From IMG/VR virus record IMGVR_UViG_3300021091_000016: a DNA stretch of 64,000 bases. The stretch is one strand, 5' to 3'. Shown one piece after another: positions 58,110 through 64,000 of the stretch. Under the pieces are notes generated by a model, which worked only from the letters and a program-made list of their open reading frames with translations, was not told where the DNA came from and made no database searches. This DNA is from a virus. How positions within the stretch are numbered: the stretch's first letter is position 1; every line of letters starts with the position of its first letter. Both the position numbers and the translations under genes were made by a program.

Positions 58110-61100
58110 TTAATTTAAACCTATCTTGATTTGATAAAACAAAGGACTAAAGTAAGGCTCTATCTGAGTTAGATTTACATTACTTTGACTCTCATTATAT
58201 AGAATTTTAACAAATAAGGAATCCTCATTGAGCTCATTATTATCTAATTGTATAGTCTTGTACACCTTGTCATATTCCCATTTGTTATATTTCTTTAAAA
58301 TTTCATATGATGCTTTTATATTAGACAAGCTATAGCTGTAATGCATAGCTTGTAAAGTAGTCTTTAGAATAGGATGATTTAAATAAACAATAGAATTCTT
58401 ATAATCTACAGAAAATAAAAATTTAGATTCTTGAATTTCACTATAAGAACCCCTACTTATATATTTTATCTTGTAATTAGATATGTAAAGTCCTGTCTGA
58501 CTCGTATCTAGCTTCAATAGACATAAACCATTATCTGGATTATACAGTCCATCTATACCTTGTAATAAAACTTGAGGAGTTTGTTGAGTGATATATTCTA
58601 AGGTTAAGCTTTCGTTTTTATTCAGCGAATACAATCTGTCATCCATTCCATTATATAAATCTACTTTAAAATTATATCTTGAATTTGCAAATGGAATTTT
58701 TGTAATTCGCGCCAATAAATAATAATCTGACTCACTAATTAAATTATCCTCACCTAATTCCTCAGAAGGTATACTATCTGTTATGTTCTCTATTTTTAAG
58801 AACTCACGAATACCATCAATGTATTGAATCTCTTTATAATTCTTTGCTTCGTAATCTACATCAATAAGATTTTCATTATTATAAGGACCTCCTATATAAT
58901 AATCTTTATATAGGTCTTCAAACTTAATTGATTTTAAAACTAGATTCTTATCTTCAAAATCAAAGCTATGACAGATATTAGATGATTCATTTACTACTAA
59001 TCCAGAATTAACTTTATTTGAAATAAGAACATCAGATTTGCTTATTAAAACTCCTGCTGGCACTCTATTTTTAAAACATATCTCTTTGGAATCTATATTT
59101 ACTTCAGTAGTATAAGAGTAATCTACTTGTATTGCATTTGCTAAATCGTTTGTTTGCAATAATCTAATTATAGAATTTGATGTATTTGAAATTATCCTAT
59201 GTAAGGAATCATCAATCGGTGCATCCGTTTCTAAATTTCTTAATGTCACATTTGAAATATTCGAATGATTTAATCTAAGCTCTCCATTCGAAGGTCTAGG
59301 AAATACTTCAGAATATAATGCGCCTGATCTTAAATTTTTAATAAAGATAGTATCCTTATCGTAATCAAAATGCTCATTTAAATATACAATATATTGCTCA
59401 CCAATATCCTCAACAGTCTCTATTCTTTCTCTTAATGAAAAAGATAATTGAACTACTGTAGCTGTACTAATATTAACTAATATTGATTTGCCAGTTGTAG
59501 ACAAAATATATTGATTCAATGTTAATTGATTTTCATTATATGTAGGCTGCCATTCAATCCTATTGCCGTATATAATCAAATCGTCTATACTAAAGCCATA
59601 TTCAAATATATTTATAGGTAATTCCACCGATGTCTTAATTGGACCAGATAAAGGCTTACCTAATTTAATTGCTTTAGATACATCATTAGATATGACAGCT
59701 ACCTTTGGTTGTGCAACTACTAAAGAATCTGGAATGTAATTTGCATCAAATGATATGTAATTTGGAGAAAGATTAGGATTTACTCTAGATATTTGCTTTT
59801 TTATAACTCCGTAAATATTCTCTGAATTATAAAAAGAAAAGCTTTTAAAGCCTTCTGGATTCCTTTTACAAAACAAAGAATATGAAAATTGAAGACTATT
59901 AGTATCGATGCTTACTGTATTTGTTTTAAAATTTGAATTTAAAACAAAAGGATTGGATTCTGCGTTCTCTAAAGAATAAGAAAAATTTAAATCATAAAAA
60001 TTTAAATTAGAAGGAAAAGCTTTTATCTCTCCAGTCAAGCTTACTGTATTTGGATCTAAATTAAAATTAGTACTATTTAGAATTGATTCTGATAGGTATT
60101 TATTCCTAACAAAGCTTATGTCTTTGATTCCAATTGAATAGATTTGAGTCTCAATATTATTATTATAAGAAATATATGGCGCTTTTTGAACAAGCTTAAT
60201 AGTGCATTTATTAGCAATAACAGGTAAATGCTTATATACATTTAAGGATTCTTTTTCTAGAATCCTTACTCTTAAGGTTTGCTCATTGATATCTATTAAG
60301 TCTTTAATTGATGTTTTTTGTACAGAGCTAGTTTCGTATATTACATCATCTATTTCATAATCAAAGCTTTGAAATTTACTTTGAGGAAGTACTCTAAGCT
60401 CATTTATAATTTGCACCTGAGAAAATTCAAATACTAAAGCTAAATAGAGAGGCCCTTCATTTACTTTATGATAACTATAATAAGTAGTTGGGTCTCCATC
60501 AATTAAAGAATTCAAATCTGCATTAGTTGCAAAATCATAGTCTCCAGACAAACCATTACTAATACCACCCAACTTGATATTAGTTATATTTAAAATATCA
60601 AATTTACCATCATTATTTAATGTAGCTACCTTTGCATAAGTATCTATTAAGAAGCTCTCTTTCTCACTATTATTAAAGATATAATCTAGATTAGAAAAAT
60701 TCTCTAATAAAACTGATTGGTACCCTTGATTCAAATTCTCTAAGGTATTTAGCTTCTGTCTTATTCTGCGCAATAAGTTTACTATTTCCTCATGCATTAG
60801 CTGATGCTTGTTTATATACATCAATAACAATGAATTCTTAGACGTATCCTCTGAGTAATATTCATCAGTTAGCAATCTTGCTTCCTGCAATTCAAAATTT
60901 AAAGTTTTATATAAGCTTGTAATAGATCGTGAATTTACAAAATCGAATCCAGATTGACTATTCCATTCACTTCGAAAGAATTCAATTTCTCTTTTAAAAG
61001 CTTTTGCAAACTGATTAAAATCCAAATCAGTGTTGATATCAAAAAAGCTTTTATAAAAGCTTAATAATTCATTGCTTCTTGTACTCAAAAAATCACTATA

Positions 61101-61115
61101 GGAAGACATAACCAT
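58110..61115 (-). CDS. putative virion structural (baseplate/tail) protein
   Basis: 1001 aa; coiled-coil N-terminus, LIDGDPTTY discoidin-like segment; ends SPLFYQIKIGLN. Confidence 0.55.
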   Translation of the reverse strand: MVMSSYSDFLSTRSNELLSFYKSFFDINTDLDFNQFAKAFKREIEFFRSEWNSQSGFDFVNSRSITSLYKTLNFELQEARLLTDEYYSEDTSKNSLLLMYINKHQLMHEEIVNLLRRIRQKLNTLENLNQGYQSVLLENFSNLDYIFNNSEKESFLIDTYAKVATLNNDGKFDILNITNIKLGGISNGLSGDYDFATNADLNSLIDGDPTTYYSYHKVNEGPLYLALVFEFSQVQIINELRVLPQSKFQSFDYEIDDVIYETSSVQKTSIKDLIDINEQTLRVRILEKESLNVYKHLPVIANKCTIKLVQKAPYISYNNNIETQIYSIGIKDISFVRNKYLSESILNSTNFNLDPNTVSLTGEIKAFPSNLNFYDLNFSYSLENAESNPFVLNSNFKTNTVSIDTNSLQFSYSLFCKRNPEGFKSFSFYNSENIYGVIKKQISRVNPNLSPNYISFDANYIPDSLVVAQPKVAVISNDVSKAIKLGKPLSGPIKTSVELPINIFEYGFSIDDLIIYGNRIEWQPTYNENQLTLNQYILSTTGKSILVNISTATVVQLSFSLRERIETVEDIGEQYIVYLNEHFDYDKDTIFIKNLRSGALYSEVFPRPSNGELRLNHSNISNVTLRNLETDAPIDDSLHRIISNTSNSIIRLLQTNDLANAIQVDYSYTTEVNIDSKEICFKNRVPAGVLISKSDVLISNKVNSGLVVNESSNICHSFDFEDKNLVLKSIKFEDLYKDYYIGGPYNNENLIDVDYEAKNYKEIQYIDGIREFLKIENITDSIPSEELGEDNLISESDYYLLARITKIPFANSRYNFKVDLYNGMDDRLYSLNKNESLTLEYITQQTPQVLLQGIDGLYNPDNGLCLLKLDTSQTGLYISNYKIKYISRGSYSEIQESKFLFSVDYKNSIVYLNHPILKTTLQAMHYSYSLSNIKASYEILKKYNKWEYDKVYKTIQLDNNELNEDSLFVKILYNESQSNVNLTQIEPYFSPLFYQIKIGLN

Positions 61116-62829
61116 TATCCTTGTTAATCTCTTTTATATTATTTTGCAGATTCAAAGAGACTGTATTCTCATTGTCCTCTGATTCCTCACATAATAAAGT
61201 AAGCCTATTGATTATGCTAGTAGAATCATTTCTAACGGTTTTTGTTTTTAATAAAATCATTGGATTGATTAGATAATAGTAATTATTGTAGGGCTCTAAA
61301 AATAAAAGCTGATTTTCAGAATAAATTAAATGCTTTCCTGAATCTAAGTAAAAACTCTCTGCTAATTCATATTCTATATAATATTCTTTATTTTGATTAA
61401 CTCTTAAAAAACGAATAAAATAGTCTCCGGGAGAATAGATTTGATTTGAATTATCTGATAAGGAAGTTCTATAGAATTGACCGCCATTTAAAGATATTTG
61501 ATAATTTGTATTTTGGTTTGCGCCAATCGATATCTCTCCATCTTGTACACAATATAATTTTAAGGTTAATTCTTTTGGTATAAATTTAAGCTTATAGGCT
61601 CCATTAACAAAAGACACCATTTCTTTGATTAAAGTAGAGTTGTCAGGATAAGCAATTGTTTCATCTAGTTTTGTATTTAAATTTTCATCATAAGCTATTA
61701 GTTTTAGATATAGCTCAGTATAAACGTCCTCATCTTTGTATATGTAAGATTCATAATAATCTAAACTCAAAGGCTTAGAAGCAATAAGATATTGATTGCT
61801 TCTAAATAAACCGAAGTTACTGTAATAGGAGTATTTAAACTCAATCTTATTAATAGACATATCAAATAGCTTATAGTATGAATTTAAGAATTTAACATTG
61901 TCTAAAGCTTTATCTTGATTGAATTTTATTTTAATGTATTTAGCGCGAATAGTTTCAAAATGTAAATCAAAGCTATCATTAAACTCTTCATTGAAAATCT
62001 GAATGTTTTGCCATTCAGAATTTTCATCTAAATATTGAACTCCATTCTCCTCAATAAACATTTCTAAAATAGATGCATAAGATATGTTTATACTGTTTAA
62101 GTATTCATGATAATCAAATGCAAATACAAGAGTTAACTCACATACAGGCTTAGTAGAATCTATAGCTACTAAGCATCTCCAAGGATTATCTGTATAAACT
62201 AAATCACTTGCGTCATCTATTTGATTCAAAGTAATATTTGAATCAAAATTACTTTGGTTATAATCAATGCTTATTTGTTTAATAGATATTATATTTTCAC
62301 TTAATTTTCTTAAATTTAAAGTTTCATCTTTTGTATCTAATGTATTAGATGCGACAAACCTTCTATTTGTTTTTGGATCCTTTAAATCCCTTAAATTAGA
62401 ATTTCCTGCATCTTTAAAATCATTAATAATCAAAACCTTAGATACTGATTTCTCTCTTTTAATTTTACTTTGTAAAATCTGCTTAGACAAATATCGATAA
62501 TCAGATAAAATTTTATCATTATTGTTTTTTACTGAATCAATAAAATTATTAAAGTAAACACTATATTCAGAAAGCAGCTCATTGTAATATCTGATAGGCG
62601 CTTTATAAGCTAACATTGATTTATTATACACATGAGAATGCAATATCCTGTTTGTATACAATGTCTCTGGAGTCTGTATTTTTAAGAATAAACTCGAAAA
62701 AGTATAATACGAATTAAGCTGTTCTTTTATAAAGTCTTTTTGTTTAGGAGAAATTAAAAAGAGATTAGTATAATATTCGAATGTATTAGTTTGAATTTGA
62801 GTTTTATTTAAAGGCAATTGACTAAGCAT
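61096..62829 (-). CDS. putative virion structural protein
   Basis: Architecture similar to the two downstream genes. Confidence 0.5.
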   Translation of the reverse strand: MLSQLPLNKTQIQTNTFEYYTNLFLISPKQKDFIKEQLNSYYTFSSLFLKIQTPETLYTNRILHSHVYNKSMLAYKAPIRYYNELLSEYSVYFNNFIDSVKNNNDKILSDYRYLSKQILQSKIKREKSVSKVLIINDFKDAGNSNLRDLKDPKTNRRFVASNTLDTKDETLNLRKLSENIISIKQISIDYNQSNFDSNITLNQIDDASDLVYTDNPWRCLVAIDSTKPVCELTLVFAFDYHEYLNSINISYASILEMFIEENGVQYLDENSEWQNIQIFNEEFNDSFDLHFETIRAKYIKIKFNQDKALDNVKFLNSYYKLFDMSINKIEFKYSYYSNFGLFRSNQYLIASKPLSLDYYESYIYKDEDVYTELYLKLIAYDENLNTKLDETIAYPDNSTLIKEMVSFVNGAYKLKFIPKELTLKLYCVQDGEISIGANQNTNYQISLNGGQFYRTSLSDNSNQIYSPGDYFIRFLRVNQNKEYYIEYELAESFYLDSGKHLIYSENQLLFLEPYNNYYYLINPMILLKTKTVRNDSTSIINRLTLLCEESEDNENTVSLNLQNNIKEINKDNGYVFL

Positions 62830-63211
62830 AAGTACCCTCTACAGTTAATCCAACGTAGAATAGAACGTCATCAAGGTTATTGCCATCTACAAATTTTAAT
62901 TGAATTCTATTTTCATAACCAGAACCTGAATTCATCGTAAATCTTGTCCACCCTTCTGTAGCATTAATTCTAATAAAAAGCCCAGATATTTCTCCAGCAA
63001 CAGATAAGACTTGATTAAGCATTTCATCTGGAGTTTTATCCTTAAACTCCTCATTTACATAACCTGACACAACTAAATATGCGCCTACATTTGAATAAGC
63101 AAAGCTATCTGGATTAGTTATTGTAAAACTAACAGCTGAGCCTTGTCTTAAATCTAGTGCAACATCATCTCTAACAAGAATGTTATTATTATTTTTAATA
63201 ATAAGGCTCAT
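62822..63211 (-). CDS. hypothetical (structural arm) protein
   Basis: 129-aa coupled ORF. Confidence 0.55.
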   Translation of the reverse strand: MSLIIKNNNNILVRDDVALDLRQGSAVSFTITNPDSFAYSNVGAYLVVSGYVNEEFKDKTPDEMLNQVLSVAGEISGLFIRINATEGWTRFTMNSGSGYENRIQLKFVDGNNLDDVLFYVGLTVEGTYA

Positions 63212-63951
63212 TTTACAACTCCATATATGTTTGACTCTAATTCATCTGTATCTAAGCTTATACTATAGTAACAATTATTGCTAGCAATGGTGCTAACATT
63301 AACTTCAAAGGTTAGAATATCTAAAGCAGGTCTAGTATTAGAGATAATAGAAGTAAGTATTACTTTTTGCGCATCCTTAGTCTCTCTAAACCAAAGCTTA
63401 TAAGTACCTAGCCCTTCCCAAGTGCAAATAATCGTATGCACATTGTTAGCTTTAGTTATACTTAATATTTTAGGCTTTCTATAGTCTTTAAGTAAAACCA
63501 AGGTTCTGTTTAATCCTAGTCTGCTAACTAAAATTTCTTTTAATTGAGCTTCTGTATAATATCCGCCATGCTCAATAAATAAATCATATGGCACCTTTAC
63601 CATAATAGTATTATTTCTTTTTATAATTTGACCAGCTTCTCCATATCCTAAAAAGGATTGCAATACAGTAGGATTTCTATTTAACAAATCCTTATAATGT
63701 TTTTTAGAAACATAATCTCTTTCTATTAACGAAAAATTAAGTATTTCATTTTGATTTAATCTTTCATCTATTTTTACTTCACCTAATATAAATCCAGCAT
63801 TTGATAAGAAATCAGTATAAGACTGTCCTTTATATTGAGTATCATATGGTGCATCTACTATCAAATCATCCTCGTTAATTAATAAATGTCTAACTGCAGA
63901 TTGATTTAATAAATCACTCATTTCCGTAATCGAATACTTGTTAGGCAGCAT
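63208..63951 (-). CDS. hypothetical (structural arm) protein, probably 5'-truncated by the window
   Basis: Frame appears open toward the window end. Confidence 0.55.
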   Translation of the reverse strand: MLPNKYSITEMSDLLNQSAVRHLLINEDDLIVDAPYDTQYKGQSYTDFLSNAGFILGEVKIDERLNQNEILNFSLIERDYVSKKHYKDLLNRNPTVLQSFLGYGEAGQIIKRNNTIMVKVPYDLFIEHGGYYTEAQLKEILVSRLGLNRTLVLLKDYRKPKILSITKANNVHTIICTWEGLGTYKLWFRETKDAQKVILTSIISNTRPALDILTFEVNVSTIASNNCYYSISLDTDELESNIYGVVK

Positions 63952-64000
63952 ATAAAAAGCTACTTTATGATTTATAATTCTTTTATTATTTACAGGATTG

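Noticed and set aside
1-64000. tRNA/rRNA genes, integrase, transposase
   Set aside because: None recognised by eye; intergenic gaps are short. A tRNAscan-SE or Infernal run would be needed to exclude small RNAs

Overview
AT-rich, densely coding segment of what is most likely a large (jumbo-type) tailed bacteriophage genome, read with the standard genetic code. Positions 1-52.8 kb are a + strand arm; 52.8-64 kb is a convergent - strand arm of virion-structure-like genes. The + arm carries proteostasis, nucleotide-metabolism and replication genes (Lon-type AAA+, PhoH, NrdAB, dCMP deaminase, RecA, DnaE, SpeD, IMPDH/GMPR, primase-helicase, ClpP, Holliday junction resolvase). Main observations: (1) an apparently complete phage-encoded ubiquitin-like conjugation locus (large E2-like protein, JAB protease, ThiF/E1, a single Ubl, and a tetra-Ubl polyprotein fused to a cargo domain), next to a protease-less Lon ATPase ending in IGFYL, with ClpP and SspB homologues elsewhere in the window; (2) DnaE encoded in three pieces, the last two joined by a naturally split intein whose halves enclose a 9.3-kb cassette of fibre-like and lysis genes built from repeated 1+3 modules; (3) a group I intron with a Vsr/EDxHD-like endonuclease in recA; (4) two inverted 24-bp-periodic TGTCA-N4-TGACA arrays, and promoter/RBS-sequestering hairpins ahead of putative lysis genes. 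All family assignments come from motif recognition by eye; no database searches were run.
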